Origin: Atopococcus sp.
GTDB lineage: Bacteria; Bacillota; Bacilli; Lactobacillales; Carnobacteriaceae_A
Assembly (NCBI GenBank): GCA_043424615.1
Contig: JBHWOX010000009.1
Coordinates: forward strand, 1,629-65,628
Direction of reading: 5' to 3'
Length of the DNA stretch: 64,000 bases
The stretch's first letter is position 1, and every line of letters begins with the position of its first letter. Below, one piece after another: positions 54,310 to 63,866 of the stretch. Made by a program: the position numbers and the translations under genes. Under the pieces are notes generated by a model. That model searched no databases and had not been told where the DNA came from. It saw only the letters and a list, made by a program, of their open reading frames with translations.

Positions 54310-54925
54310 TTTTTCTATCATCCTTTCTTTCATCTATTAAAAATTGCTGGGCCTGGTCCAAAGTGTTCCAATAAATTTTATGGCCTTGGACCCATATTTG
54401 ATCCAGCTTTGCCCCACGTTTTTTGAAACATTCAGCTAGGGCCTGACTTTCTTCAACACTCACCAGCTCATCGGCTCGTCCTGCTGACATCCACACATGC
54501 AAGTGGCTGAGGTCAGGCTGTTTTACCGGCTGGCAGCCAAAAGGACTCGCGAACAGGAGGGCCTTTTGAACCTCTAAGCGTCCTTCCAGCAGCAAGTGAC
54601 TAATCATCGACCCTCCATTCGAAAAACCTAGGGGAATGAATTGTTTGGGATCAATATCTTCTTCCTGGCAAATCTCTTCCAGGTCTGCCACTAGCTTTTG
54701 GCCATAAGCAGCCATGGAAAAGGGATCAATCAAAGACTTCGAAGCTTCTTCAAAAAAACGGTAACCCTTGTCTAATGACACTGCTCCCCTCAAGCTCAGA
54801 TAACCGTAAGTAGGCATCAGAGCTTGGGCGATAGGGAGTAAACTATTTTCATCACCGCCTGTTCCATGAAGGAGAAGGAAAGTTTGAGGCTGTTGCCCCT
54901 GTTCATAAATATAAGTGCTTGTCAT
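54302..54925 (-). CDS. Phospholipase/carboxylesterase-family alpha/beta hydrolase (MhqD-like), copy 2
   Basis: MTSTYIYEQG...FLLLHGTGGDENSLL, GFSNGGS. The start at 54925 was chosen by the SD GAGGAGG and by alignment to copy 1. Confidence 0.75.
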   Translation of the reverse strand: MTSTYIYEQGQQPQTFLLLHGTGGDENSLLPIAQALMPTYGYLSLRGAVSLDKGYRFFEEASKSLIDPFSMAAYGQKLVADLEEICQEEDIDPKQFIPLGFSNGGSMISHLLLEGRLEVQKALLFASPFGCQPVKQPDLSHLHVWMSAGRADELVSVEESQALAECFKKRGAKLDQIWVQGHKIYWNTLDQAQQFLIDERKDDRKND

Positions 54926-55095
54926 CATTAACCTCCTCATCGAAAAGCCGTTGGCATCCGGATTGCTTTCACAATCGCTCTAGCATTTGCTAAAATAAGA
55001 GTAATCAAGTGGGCTTTAACTATTTCTAATTCGAACTAATAATATCAACTTCTTTTTAGTAAGTCAACCCCACACCCTTAGAAAGGATTTTTGTT

Positions 55096-55587
55096 ATGGA
55101 GAGAATTCCTTGGAACCAATATTTTATGTCTCAATCGATTGTTCTATCTGCTCGGTCCACCTGCCAACGGTTGATGGTTGGAGCTACCATTGTACGAGAT
55201 AAGCGTATCATTGCCGGGGGCTATAATGGCTCAGTCAGTGGAGATGACCACTGTATAGATGAAGGCTGTTATATGGAAGATGGCCACTGCATGCGCACCA
55301 TCCATGCCGAGATGAACGCCCTCCTCCAATGTGCTAAATTTGGCGTTCAAACCGATGGAGCAGAAATATATGTGACCCACTTCCCTTGCTTGCAATGCAC
55401 CAAAATGCTCCTCCAAGCGGGTATTTCAAAAATATATTATCTACATGACTACCGAAACCACCCCTATGCTGAGCACCTGCTGGCGACCAAAGAAGTGCCC
55501 ACCGAACAAGTTCACATGCCGGACGATTTTTTTAATTCTTTCAATTCCTTCATCATCCACGACAATCCTGCCAATTTTGACCGCTAA
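55096..55587 (+). CDS. comEB: dCMP deaminase (ComEB-type)
   Basis: HAEMNAL and PCLQCTKMLLQAGI zinc-binding motifs; 163 aa. Confidence 0.9.
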   Translation: MERIPWNQYFMSQSIVLSARSTCQRLMVGATIVRDKRIIAGGYNGSVSGDDHCIDEGCYMEDGHCMRTIHAEMNALLQCAKFGVQTDGAEIYVTHFPCLQCTKMLLQAGISKIYYLHDYRNHPYAEHLLATKEVPTEQVHMPDDFFNSFNSFIIHDNPANFDR

Positions 55588-55622
55588 AAAAGACACCGAA
55601 AAAATCGGTGTCTTTCTTTTTT
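55586..55622. terminator. Bidirectional terminator
   Basis: AAGACACCGA-AAAAA-TCGGTGTCTT, flanked by A-runs and T-runs. Confidence 0.85.
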
Positions 55623-55629
55623 ATTCTGA

Positions 55630-56508
55630 TCATTCGATCCCTTCCACCCAGTCTTGAATCATTTCAGGGTGGTCATCAATCCAACGAGCAGCGGCTTCTT
55701 CTGGGGACAAGCCCTTACTTAAATCAGCCATAATGAGACCGACATCATCTACCGTCCACTCAAATTGTTCAAAAATACGGTAGGCGGCAGGATTATCTTC
55801 AGCCAAACCTTGGCGAGCTAATTTTTGAAGGTTTTCTCCTTCTCCATAAGCATTTTTGGGATCTTCTAAAAATTTCAGATCCATTTCTAAAAACATCCAA
55901 TGAGGGGTCCAGCCGGTCACGACAATGTCTTCTTTCTGGTCCAGGGCTTGTTGCAATTCGGTCAGCATCGCACCTGTTGAAGAGGTCTGCTGTTGCCAAT
56001 CGCTAAGATTAGGGTAGGTCTCTAAAGCCTCATCCGTTTGATTAGCAATACCTGCTCCAGGTTCAATGCCTGTAATGGTTTTATTGGCCTGGTCAGACAG
56101 GTCAGCGATGCTGTCCACATCCATATAAGAGGGAACAGCCAAACCTGTCACTGCGTCTTCGGTATGTGGTCCTAGGTCAACAATATCTTCTTCAAAACGC
56201 TCATAATAAGCCCCATGGGTCGCAGGAAGCCAAGCTCCTGTAGTCATATCAACTTCTCCTGTTGCTAAAGCCGAAAAAAGAACGGAAGGGTCCAATTCCA
56301 CCACTTCTACATCAAAGCCCGCTTGTTCGTAGACTTCTTTCAAGACATAAGTCGAGGCATAAGAATCATCCCAGGAAGTCGATCCCATGGTGATGGCTGG
56401 GCGGTCGGAGTTTAAGGAATCAAGATTGGAATGGTAGGCCCCTTGACTGCCCAAAGTTAAGACCAGACCCAATAGCATAAAAATTCCAGTTATTATTTTT
56501 TTGACCAT
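55630..56508 (-). CDS. opuAC: Glycine betaine/osmoprotectant ABC transporter substrate-binding protein
   Basis: Signal sequence, then ITMGSTSWDDSYASTYV..., GWTPHWMF (typical of OpuAC). Confidence 0.85.
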   Translation of the reverse strand: MVKKIITGIFMLLGLVLTLGSQGAYHSNLDSLNSDRPAITMGSTSWDDSYASTYVLKEVYEQAGFDVEVVELDPSVLFSALATGEVDMTTGAWLPATHGAYYERFEEDIVDLGPHTEDAVTGLAVPSYMDVDSIADLSDQANKTITGIEPGAGIANQTDEALETYPNLSDWQQQTSSTGAMLTELQQALDQKEDIVVTGWTPHWMFLEMDLKFLEDPKNAYGEGENLQKLARQGLAEDNPAAYRIFEQFEWTVDDVGLIMADLSKGLSPEEAAARWIDDHPEMIQDWVEGIE

Positions 56509-56527
56509 ATCTATTCCTTTCTATATC

Positions 56528-57382
56528 TTAGTGTGAACGGCGACTCTGGCCGAGAGACTGAGTTAAGCGGTCAACAATAATGGCGAGGATCACAATCGCC
56601 AAACCAGAAACAAAGCCTGACCCCACATCTGCACGCTGGAGGGCCGTCAGTACATTTGATCCCAAGCCAGGAGCACCAATCATAGAGGCAATGACAACCA
56701 TGGAAAGGGTTAGCATGACCGTTTGGTTGATGCCAGCAAAGATGGTGTTCTTCGCTAGGGGCAATTCGACTTTGAATAATTTTTGGCTAGCGGTTGACCC
56801 AAAGGAATCAGCAGCTTCAATTAATTCACTATCGATTTCTCGAATGCCTAAGTTAGTGAAACGGACGGTAGGCGCAAGGGCGTAGATAAAAGAAGCAAAG
56901 ATACCTGGGACCATCCCAATGCCAAAAAAGGCCACGGCGGGAATCAGATATACAAAGGCTGGCATGGTCTGCATAAAGTCTAAAATCGGTTGGATGACCG
57001 CATTAGCCGCTTCACTTTTAGCACATACAATCCCTAGAGGAATTCCAATCAGGATGGTGACTAAAGAAGCGACCATAATGAGAGCAACCGTATCTATTAA
57101 TTGCCCCCACAGGCCCTGATTTAAAATATAGCCTAAGCCAACTAAGCTAAAGGCCGCCAGAGAGGCTGAGCGTTTTTGGGCAAAGTAAGCCAGCAGGGCA
57201 ATCAAAAGAATAAAAAGGAAGGGAGGTATGATCGCCAATAGGGACGTGAAGCCATCCATAAATTGCGAGCCAAAATGGGTGATGAAATGAAACAGCCCTG
57301 AAAAAGCGTCAACAATCCAAGCCACAATAGCATCTACCCATTCAGCTACAGGTAAAGGGGCTAAAGGAAATAAATTAGTCAT
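56528..57382 (-). CDS. opuAB: Glycine betaine ABC transporter permease
   Basis: Polytopic; EAADSFGSTASQKLFKVELPLA (EAA loop). Confidence 0.9.
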   Translation of the reverse strand: MTNLFPLAPLPVAEWVDAIVAWIVDAFSGLFHFITHFGSQFMDGFTSLLAIIPPFLFILLIALLAYFAQKRSASLAAFSLVGLGYILNQGLWGQLIDTVALIMVASLVTILIGIPLGIVCAKSEAANAVIQPILDFMQTMPAFVYLIPAVAFFGIGMVPGIFASFIYALAPTVRFTNLGIREIDSELIEAADSFGSTASQKLFKVELPLAKNTIFAGINQTVMLTLSMVVIASMIGAPGLGSNVLTALQRADVGSGFVSGLAIVILAIIVDRLTQSLGQSRRSH

Positions 57383-58634
57383 CTAAAACACTCCCTTCTG
57401 AAAGATGAGACTCATCATCAGTCGTATCACCAGCTAAGGCACTTAAAACTGTATTTCTGATCACAATCCCCATTAAACGCCCCTCTTCATCCACCACACT
57501 GACTGGGGTAGAAACATCTTGAATGACTTCATAAAGGTCAGTCAATAAGGTTGAAGGGCTAACCGTTGGAAGATCTGTCAGAATGAGATCTCTTAGGTCT
57601 GTTTGCTTGCGGGCAACAGCACGAGCCACATCATCATCTTTCACATAACCAATCAATTGGTTTTCATGGTCAATCACCAGCATATTTTGAAGCTGGTCGG
57701 CTTCCATTTTTTGCAAGGCCATACGAGGGCCATCTCGCCCTAGAATCAAGGGATGAGGGGGCTCCATGATATTTTCTGCTGTATACACACGGGCACGGTC
57801 CACATCCTCAACAAAACGTTCAATATAACGGTTTTCAGGGTTTTGTAAAATTTCTTCCCCACTTCCGACTTGAACCACTTCTCCATCGCGCATGATGGCA
57901 ATACGATCTCCCAGCCGAAGAGATTCGTTCAAATCATGGGTGATGAATACGATGGTTCGTTTGTCTTGCTCTTGTAAGTCGATTAATTCATCTTGCATGT
58001 CGCGGCGGATCAAAGGATCCAAGGCTGAAAAGGCTTCATCCATTAAAATGACCTCTGGATCATTGGCTAAGGCACGTGCTAAGCCCACTCTTTGTTGCAT
58101 TCCTCCAGATAATTGGTCGGGATATTGGTCCTTATAAGGAAGTAAACCCGAATTTTCTAAGGCTTTTTCAGCCGCCTGTTGCCGTTGGTCTTGATCGATT
58201 CCCTGTACTTCCAAACCATATTCAGCATTTTCCAGAATGGTTTTATGTGGAAAAAGACCAAAGTTTTGAAAGACCATCGATAACTCTTCTCGACGAAGCT
58301 GGCGGAGTTGGTCTTTATTCATTTCCACCACATTGTCACCATTAATGACCACTTCTCCACTTGTCGGTTCAATCAAGCGGTTTAGCATGCGGACAAGGGT
58401 AGACTTTCCTGACCCGGATAGTCCCATGATGACAAAAATCTCACCTTCTTTGATATCAAAATTGGCTTGGTTGACGCCAACGGTTGCTCCTGTTTTCTTC
58501 AGGATTTCTTCTTTGGAATAGCCTTCTTTTAATAACTGCAAAGCCTCTTTTTGCTGGCTTGCTGAGCCAAAAATTTTAGTCAAATCGCGGATAGCAATTT
58601 TAGTCCGTGCATCCGCTAAATCTTGATTAGCCAT
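57375..58634 (-). CDS. opuAA: Glycine betaine ABC transporter ATPase with tandem CBS domains
   Basis: GLSGSGKST, LSGGMQQRVGLARAL, ILMDEAFSALD, plus a C-terminal CBS pair. Confidence 0.92.
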   Translation of the reverse strand: MANQDLADARTKIAIRDLTKIFGSASQQKEALQLLKEGYSKEEILKKTGATVGVNQANFDIKEGEIFVIMGLSGSGKSTLVRMLNRLIEPTSGEVVINGDNVVEMNKDQLRQLRREELSMVFQNFGLFPHKTILENAEYGLEVQGIDQDQRQQAAEKALENSGLLPYKDQYPDQLSGGMQQRVGLARALANDPEVILMDEAFSALDPLIRRDMQDELIDLQEQDKRTIVFITHDLNESLRLGDRIAIMRDGEVVQVGSGEEILQNPENRYIERFVEDVDRARVYTAENIMEPPHPLILGRDGPRMALQKMEADQLQNMLVIDHENQLIGYVKDDDVARAVARKQTDLRDLILTDLPTVSPSTLLTDLYEVIQDVSTPVSVVDEEGRLMGIVIRNTVLSALAGDTTDDESHLSEGSVLDD

Positions 58635-58914
58635 AGCAATCCCCTTTCTCTCTACTCTTTTATTTTCCTTTTCTCTTTCTACTGTATGAACTTAGCAAAG
58701 ATGATTTTTATATTCAAAAGGCTAAAAAGCCGGCATAAAGGGCTCTCATGCCTATGCTATGAAGGAAAGGAGGAGTTTTTATGGCAGTCATTTTCTCATT
58801 AAGTTCTCATAATCATATCTTTCAAAACAGAAATACTTGCTCAACAGCCGCTATTAATTTATAGTAAAGGTGTAGATAGTTTGAAATTGAAATATTAGAA
58901 AGGATGACTGCACT

Positions 58915-59466
58915 ATGACCACTTTAGGAATTATCGTTGGATCATTACGCCAAGGGGCTTATTCGCGTCAATGGGCTGAAAACTTAGCTGAGATGTTCCC
59001 TGCTGACTGGGAGACTCGTTTTATCGAAATTGGAGACTTGCCTCTATATAATGAGGACTACGATGCAGAAGGAGCCACTCCACCTGAAGAATACAGCCGT
59101 TTCCGCCAAGAAATGAGCGAGGTTGATGCCGTTTTATTCTCAACACCAGAATATAACCGTACGATGCCAGCAACCATTAAAAATGCTTTAGACGTAGGTT
59201 CTCGACCTTACGGAGAAAGCATCTGGGATGGTAAACCGGCCTTCATCGTTTCTCATTCCGTTTCTGGCCTGAGTGGTTTTGGAGCTAACCACCAAATCCG
59301 CCAAGCCCTAGTCTTCTTAAATATGCCTATCTTGCAACAACCTGAGGTCTATTTAGCTAACTCTCAAGATCTTTTAGATGATGGTAAAATTAATAACGAA
59401 GACACCAAAGATTTCTTACAAGGAGCTGTCGATGCCTTCGTCGAATTTGCTAATAAATTCATATAA
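58915..59466 (+). CDS. NAD(P)H-dependent FMN reductase family oxidoreductase
   Basis: LGIIVGSLRQGAYSR...TPEYNRTMPATIKNALD. Confidence 0.8.
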   Translation: MTTLGIIVGSLRQGAYSRQWAENLAEMFPADWETRFIEIGDLPLYNEDYDAEGATPPEEYSRFRQEMSEVDAVLFSTPEYNRTMPATIKNALDVGSRPYGESIWDGKPAFIVSHSVSGLSGFGANHQIRQALVFLNMPILQQPEVYLANSQDLLDDGKINNEDTKDFLQGAVDAFVEFANKFI

Positions 59467-59482
59467 AAAATAACTCACAAAA

Positions 59483-59520
59483 AAAGGCTATATCCTTCAA
59501 CTGGAAGGATATAGCCTTTT
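59483..59520. terminator. Bidirectional terminator
   Basis: AAAGGCTATATCCTTC-AACTG-GAAGGATATAGCCTTT. Confidence 0.85.
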
Positions 59521-59535
59521 ATTTTACTTTATTAT

Positions 59536-60057
59536 TTAAATATCATAACGTTCATGGCTGATGATATGTTCAACCTGGTCGGGTAAATCCAACAAATTAT
59601 CTCCTAAAAAACGAGGGTAGGTATAGGTATTTTTTACTTCTTCCAAGGGAATCCAATAAAAGTTTTCCTTATATCCCTTTTGGGTGAAGGATTCATGGTC
59701 CAGGCTCGACTCTTCTTTTTCCATTGGCTTCATCAGATAGTGAAAAATGATTTCATGGAAATGTGAGGCCCCATCCAAAAAATCAGCAGGATAAAATAAT
59801 TCTTGGACAAAAACCAGGCGGTCAACTTTGTAAGCTAAGCCAGTTTCTTCTAAAGCTTCCCTTTCGACCGTCTCTTGGGTGGACTCTCCCAATTCCACCT
59901 TCCCTCCCACGGTGTAGTACATGGCATCGTGGGTATTTTTAGTTAATAAGAGCTGGTTATTTTCAATAATTAAAGCAGACGCTCTTAATTTAAAGCGATA
60001 ATCTTCTGCATACAGTTGAATATCCATGGATGTCATCTCTTTTCTAAAGGCTTTCAT
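59536..60057 (-). CDS. NUDIX hydrolase
   Basis: Nudix box GGKVELGESTQETVEREALEETGL. The start is ambiguous (60057, 60036 or 60027). Confidence 0.8.
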   Translation of the reverse strand: MKAFRKEMTSMDIQLYAEDYRFKLRASALIIENNQLLLTKNTHDAMYYTVGGKVELGESTQETVEREALEETGLAYKVDRLVFVQELFYPADFLDGASHFHEIIFHYLMKPMEKEESSLDHESFTQKGYKENFYWIPLEEVKNTYTYPRFLGDNLLDLPDQVEHIISHERYDI

Positions 60058-60061
60058 TCAA

Positions 60062-61219
60062 CTAAGACATGAAGTAGCGGTCGAGTCGTTGCATACCCTC
60101 CTGTAATTCTTCTAAACTGGAAGCGTAAGATAAGCGTAAATAACCCTTCCCACTCTCTCCAAAGGCTTCACCAGGAATTAAGCCCACCCTAGCCTCTTTG
60201 GCTAATTCAAGGGCAAATTCACGGTCATTTTGATTGTAAGCGGCAGGAATTTTAAGGAAGAGATAAAAAGCACCCGTAGGCGAAGCCAGTTCAAAGCCTA
60301 ATCGTTCCAATTCGGGGATTAAATAATTACGTCTTTGGGCGTAGGCTTGACGCATGTCATTAACCCACTCATCGCCCTCTTTCAAGGCAGTGGCTGCAGC
60401 TATTTGAGAAGGCGTAGACACACAGGTGACTGCCGCCTGATGAACCACATAAAAGGTATCGAGCAGGTCTTCAGGTACAGCCATATAACCTAAACGCAAA
60501 CCGGTCATGGCATAAGCTTTGGACATACCATTTAATACGATGGTCCGGTCCGGAATATATTGGGCAATGGAGTGGTGGTTAAAGCCATCATAGGTGAGGG
60601 CGGAATAGACTTCATCCGACACACAATACACATCATGGTTTTCTATCACTTGGGCTAAAGCTTGTAATTCTTCTGGCTGGTAGGATACCCCTGTTGGATT
60701 ATTGGGGTAGTTTAAGAGAACAAATTTAACCTGGTCTTCTTGACTCAACACTTGGTCCAGTTTTTTAGCCGTCAGAACAAAATCATCTTCTGCTGTTTCA
60801 ATCGGCAGAGGCACCCCATAAGCACTTTTGACAATATTGTCGTAAAGGGTGAAGTATGGAGAAGAGAATACCACTTTTTCTCCCGGATTTAATAAAGCGT
60901 GGGCGGCGGTAGATAACCCTTCTGTTACACCCACCGTGACTAAAATATTACGGTTGGGATCATAGTCCAAATGGTAGTGGCGCTTTAAATAATGCACAAT
61001 TTCTTGCCTAAAAACATCTACCCCATGAGTCGGAGCGTAGTGGCTGGCATTTTGATCAATGGCTTCTTTTAGGGACTCTTTTACAAAATCAGCCATGTCA
61101 AAATCAGGCTCACCTAAAGTAAATTTTAAGATACCATCATAGATGCTGATCTCATCATCAAAGCTACGTATGTAATTACCAGGAATATTTTCATAATTTT
61201 TATTGGTAGATAAGGCCAT
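60062..61219 (-). CDS. Class I/II pyridoxal-phosphate-dependent aminotransferase
   Basis: NYPNNPTG, SDEVY, MSKAYAMTGLRLGY (PLP Lys). ATG 61219 lies 8 nt after AAGGAG. Confidence 0.85.
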   Translation of the reverse strand: MALSTNKNYENIPGNYIRSFDDEISIYDGILKFTLGEPDFDMADFVKESLKEAIDQNASHYAPTHGVDVFRQEIVHYLKRHYHLDYDPNRNILVTVGVTEGLSTAAHALLNPGEKVVFSSPYFTLYDNIVKSAYGVPLPIETAEDDFVLTAKKLDQVLSQEDQVKFVLLNYPNNPTGVSYQPEELQALAQVIENHDVYCVSDEVYSALTYDGFNHHSIAQYIPDRTIVLNGMSKAYAMTGLRLGYMAVPEDLLDTFYVVHQAAVTCVSTPSQIAAATALKEGDEWVNDMRQAYAQRRNYLIPELERLGFELASPTGAFYLFLKIPAAYNQNDREFALELAKEARVGLIPGEAFGESGKGYLRLSYASSLEELQEGMQRLDRYFMS

Positions 61220-61271
61220 TTCACCCACTCCTTCAAGATTTTTATATATAATAACACGCTTCCGTCCGGAC

Positions 61272-62201
61272 TTATAGCCAAAAAGATCTCTGAATCAAAG
61301 AAATATCAAAATCATAAGCAGGCTGGTGAATGGTCTCTCCATCCCTTTGCCCTCGAGGCCCCTGTTTCACTTGTAACCGGGCTTGTTTAAAATCATAAAG
61401 GTGGATATGAGGGTGGTCAATGGCTTCCCCTGTGAGCAAGATTTGCTTTAAGATGGCTGGCATGTCTTGCAATTGCACGCCATCAGCGACCATAAGGTGA
61501 AGAATCTGGTCTTCATTATTAGCTGGCGGGTAAATCTTAACTCCCCCACCAAAAGAGGGGTTATTCAAAACAACACATAATTTAACATGGTTGAAGTCAA
61601 GTCGTTCTTGTTGGTCCAAACTGACTTGGACAGTAAATTCTTTTTGCTGGCTATAAGCCAGAGCAGCCAAGGGAAGATAAGCCAATGGGCCCATGCGCTT
61701 TTTTAACTTAGAAAAAGGCTGGTCAATATAATAATTGGTCAGGCCATCAATGCCAAAGCCTAAGCTGTTTAGAGCATAGTCTCTCTCGTTATTAATATGA
61801 TCAATCAGCTTAATTACATCAAGCGGCCGCTCCTTTTCAATTGAAAAAAGACGGTCAATGCCTTCAGCAATATCAAAGGACAGACCCATGGAGCGAGCAA
61901 AATCATTGCCTGTTCCTGCTGGTAGGTAGGCAATAGCTTGGTGGATTCCTTCTTCTTCCATTTGCTTGACGAAATAGTTGAGCGTCCCATCGCCTCCCAC
62001 CACAACCACCAAGGGATCTTCGTAGGGATCAAATTTTTCGACCAGATGCTTCACCCCTTTAAAAAAATGAGGGCCTTCCGTTTTTAAAATCTGGTAGTCT
62101 ATCGAACGGTCGAGCATTGCCTGATGAATATCTTTCACCACCTCAGCACTTTTTCGAGCTTTAGCATTGATGATGAAACGTAATGACGTGTATGGAAACA
62201 C
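61272..62201 (-). CDS. Diacylglycerol/lipid kinase family (YegS/DagK-like)
   Basis: VVVGGDGTLNYFV, PAGTGNDFARS. GTG start after GGGGAGGGG. Confidence 0.85.
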   Translation of the reverse strand: MFPYTSLRFIINAKARKSAEVVKDIHQAMLDRSIDYQILKTEGPHFFKGVKHLVEKFDPYEDPLVVVVGGDGTLNYFVKQMEEEGIHQAIAYLPAGTGNDFARSMGLSFDIAEGIDRLFSIEKERPLDVIKLIDHINNERDYALNSLGFGIDGLTNYYIDQPFSKLKKRMGPLAYLPLAALAYSQQKEFTVQVSLDQQERLDFNHVKLCVVLNNPSFGGGVKIYPPANNEDQILHLMVADGVQLQDMPAILKQILLTGEAIDHPHIHLYDFKQARLQVKQGPRGQRDGETIHQPAYDFDISLIQRSFWL

Positions 62202-62308
62202 CCTAACCCCTCCCCAAGTGAATATAGACGTATTATAGCATATTGGTAATTTAAAATATCATCCACATGGTATAAAATATAGCTAATCAGAACGAAAGGA
62301 GAATGTTT

Positions 62309-62665
62309 ATGCAAGAAATTTTACAATGGACATTTTTAAGTGAAGAAAATACTTCTGCTGAAATTCAAGAATTACTTATTGATGGTGAGCACGCTTATAA
62401 AAGTTTTAAAACCATTCGCGATACCGCTACTTTTACCAATAAACGCTTAATCGTGATAGATAGTCAGGGATTGACTGGCCGTAAAAAAGAAATCTATTCC
62501 CTACCTTATTCTTCGATTTTAATGTGGTCAACAGAAAATGAAGGAACATTTGACTTAGACAGCGAGATCTCTTTGTGGACCCGGGCAGGCTATATCAAGA
62601 TTTCCCTGCGCCGTGGCTTAGATGCTCGCTCATTTGAACGTTTGTTTGCTGAAGCTGTTTTATAA
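62309..62665 (+). CDS. Bacterial PH-domain (YokE-like) protein
   Basis: ...FTNKRLIVIDSQGLTGRKKEIYSLPYSSI... ATG 62309 lies 7 nt after AAGGAG. Confidence 0.55.
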   Translation: MQEILQWTFLSEENTSAEIQELLIDGEHAYKSFKTIRDTATFTNKRLIVIDSQGLTGRKKEIYSLPYSSILMWSTENEGTFDLDSEISLWTRAGYIKISLRRGLDARSFERLFAEAVL

Positions 62666-62666
62666 A

Positions 62667-62704
62667 GAAAAAGACATCCCTAATAAAAAGGGATGTCTTT
62701 TTTA
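62667..62704. terminator. Bidirectional terminator (serves the PH-domain gene and the tRNA)
   Basis: AAAGACATCCC-TAATAAAAA-GGGATGTCTTT, flanked by A-runs and T-runs. Confidence 0.85.
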
Positions 62705-62708
62705 ATGA

Positions 62709-62781
62709 TGGCTCTTACTGGGCTTGAACCAGTGACCTCCAGCATGTCGGGCTGGCGCTCTACCAACTGAGCTAAAGAACC
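62709..62781 (-). tRNA. 73-nt class I tRNA; anticodon GAC (Val) by standard numbering, with a non-canonical C at position 33
   Basis: Hand fold: GGTTCTT-TA-GCTC-AGTTGGTA-GAGC-G-CCAGC-CCGACAT-GCTGG-AGGTC-ACTGG-TTCAAGC-CCAGT-AAGAGCC-A. All four stems pair. GG18/19, the T-loop TTCAAGC and A73 are present. CCA is not encoded. Confidence 0.8.
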
Positions 62782-62926
62782 ACTATTTTTGTCTAACGAT
62801 TTATATCATAACGGAATATAAAAGATTTGTAAAGCTTTAATTATATTTTTACAATTTTTAGAGTGAATGAGCTACCAGTCTTCCTCCATTTATTCTATAA
62901 TAAAGGCGTAAAAAGGAGGGAAAAAA

Positions 62927-63322
62927 ATGCTCAAAGAATTCAAAGATTTTATTATGCGCGGAAACGTTCTGGACCTAGCCATTGGGGTTGTGATGGGGTC
63001 TGCCTTCACAGCCATCGTCAATGCTTTAGTTGAAAATATCATCATGCCCATCGTGACTGCTGTCAGTGGTAATGCCTCAGTCGAAGACCTATCCATCAGT
63101 ATCGGAAATGCTACACTGACTTACGGGGTATTCCTGCAAGCGGTGATTGACTTTTTAATTATTGCACTCATTTTGTTCTTTATCATAAAAGGGGTCAATA
63201 GCTTAAGCAGTCGCTTGAAAAAAGAAGAAGAAGTGGTGGAAGAAGCCAGCCCTTCATCTGAAGATTATTTACGCGAAATTCGTGACTTGTTAAAAGAACA
63301 AGAGAATAAACAAGAGATTTAG
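62927..63322 (+). CDS. mscL: Large-conductance mechanosensitive channel
   Basis: MLKEFKDFIMRGNVLDLAIGVVMGSAFTAIVNALVENIIMPIV...; 131 aa. Confidence 0.93.
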   Translation: MLKEFKDFIMRGNVLDLAIGVVMGSAFTAIVNALVENIIMPIVTAVSGNASVEDLSISIGNATLTYGVFLQAVIDFLIIALILFFIIKGVNSLSSRLKKEEEVVEEASPSSEDYLREIRDLLKEQENKQEI

Positions 63323-63430
63323 AAAGCTAACAAGCAGTTTCCGACCATTCTTAAGCCATTTGAGTTTTTATTTTTTACTAAATAGCTTATAATGACAATA
63401 TGATTATATTTAAATTAGGGAGGTCTATCC

Positions 63431-63817
63431 ATGAAAAATTTTCTTAGAGGGTTATTCATTGGCGGTATTTTAGGTTTACTTTTTGCTCCTAAACGCGGTG
63501 AAGAATTACGTGAAGATATCGTCCGTTATTGTGAAGATACTCGTGATGACTTGGTCCACCAAGCTGAAACTTATGGCCAAATCGCTCAAGAAGCTGGTTC
63601 TAGCATCAAACAAACAACATCAGATGCGGCAGATTCCATCCAAGCAACATTTAATGAATCTGTAGGTCATATCAAAGATGATGTTAACTCTGCTGCTGAA
63701 GTAGCTAAAGAAGAAGCTAGCAAAGCGGCTGAAGTAGCCAAAGATGAAGCTAGTAAAGTGGCTGATGAAGCTTCTGACGAAGCTGAAAAAGCGGCTAAAA
63801 AAGCTGAAAAAGCCTAA
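63431..63817 (+). CDS. YtxH-domain protein (second copy in the window)
   Basis: LFIGGILGLLFAPKRGEELREDI..., with an Ala/Glu/Lys-rich repetitive tail. Confidence 0.7.
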   Translation: MKNFLRGLFIGGILGLLFAPKRGEELREDIVRYCEDTRDDLVHQAETYGQIAQEAGSSIKQTTSDAADSIQATFNESVGHIKDDVNSAAEVAKEEASKAAEVAKDEASKVADEASDEAEKAAKKAEKA

Positions 63818-63826
63818 GACAACATT

Positions 63827-63866
63827 AAAAGACTCACCAATCCGCGGATTGGCGAGTCTTTTTTTA
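63827..63866. terminator. Bidirectional terminator
   Basis: AAAAGACTCACCAATCC-GC-GGATTGGCGAGTCTTTT. Confidence 0.75.
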
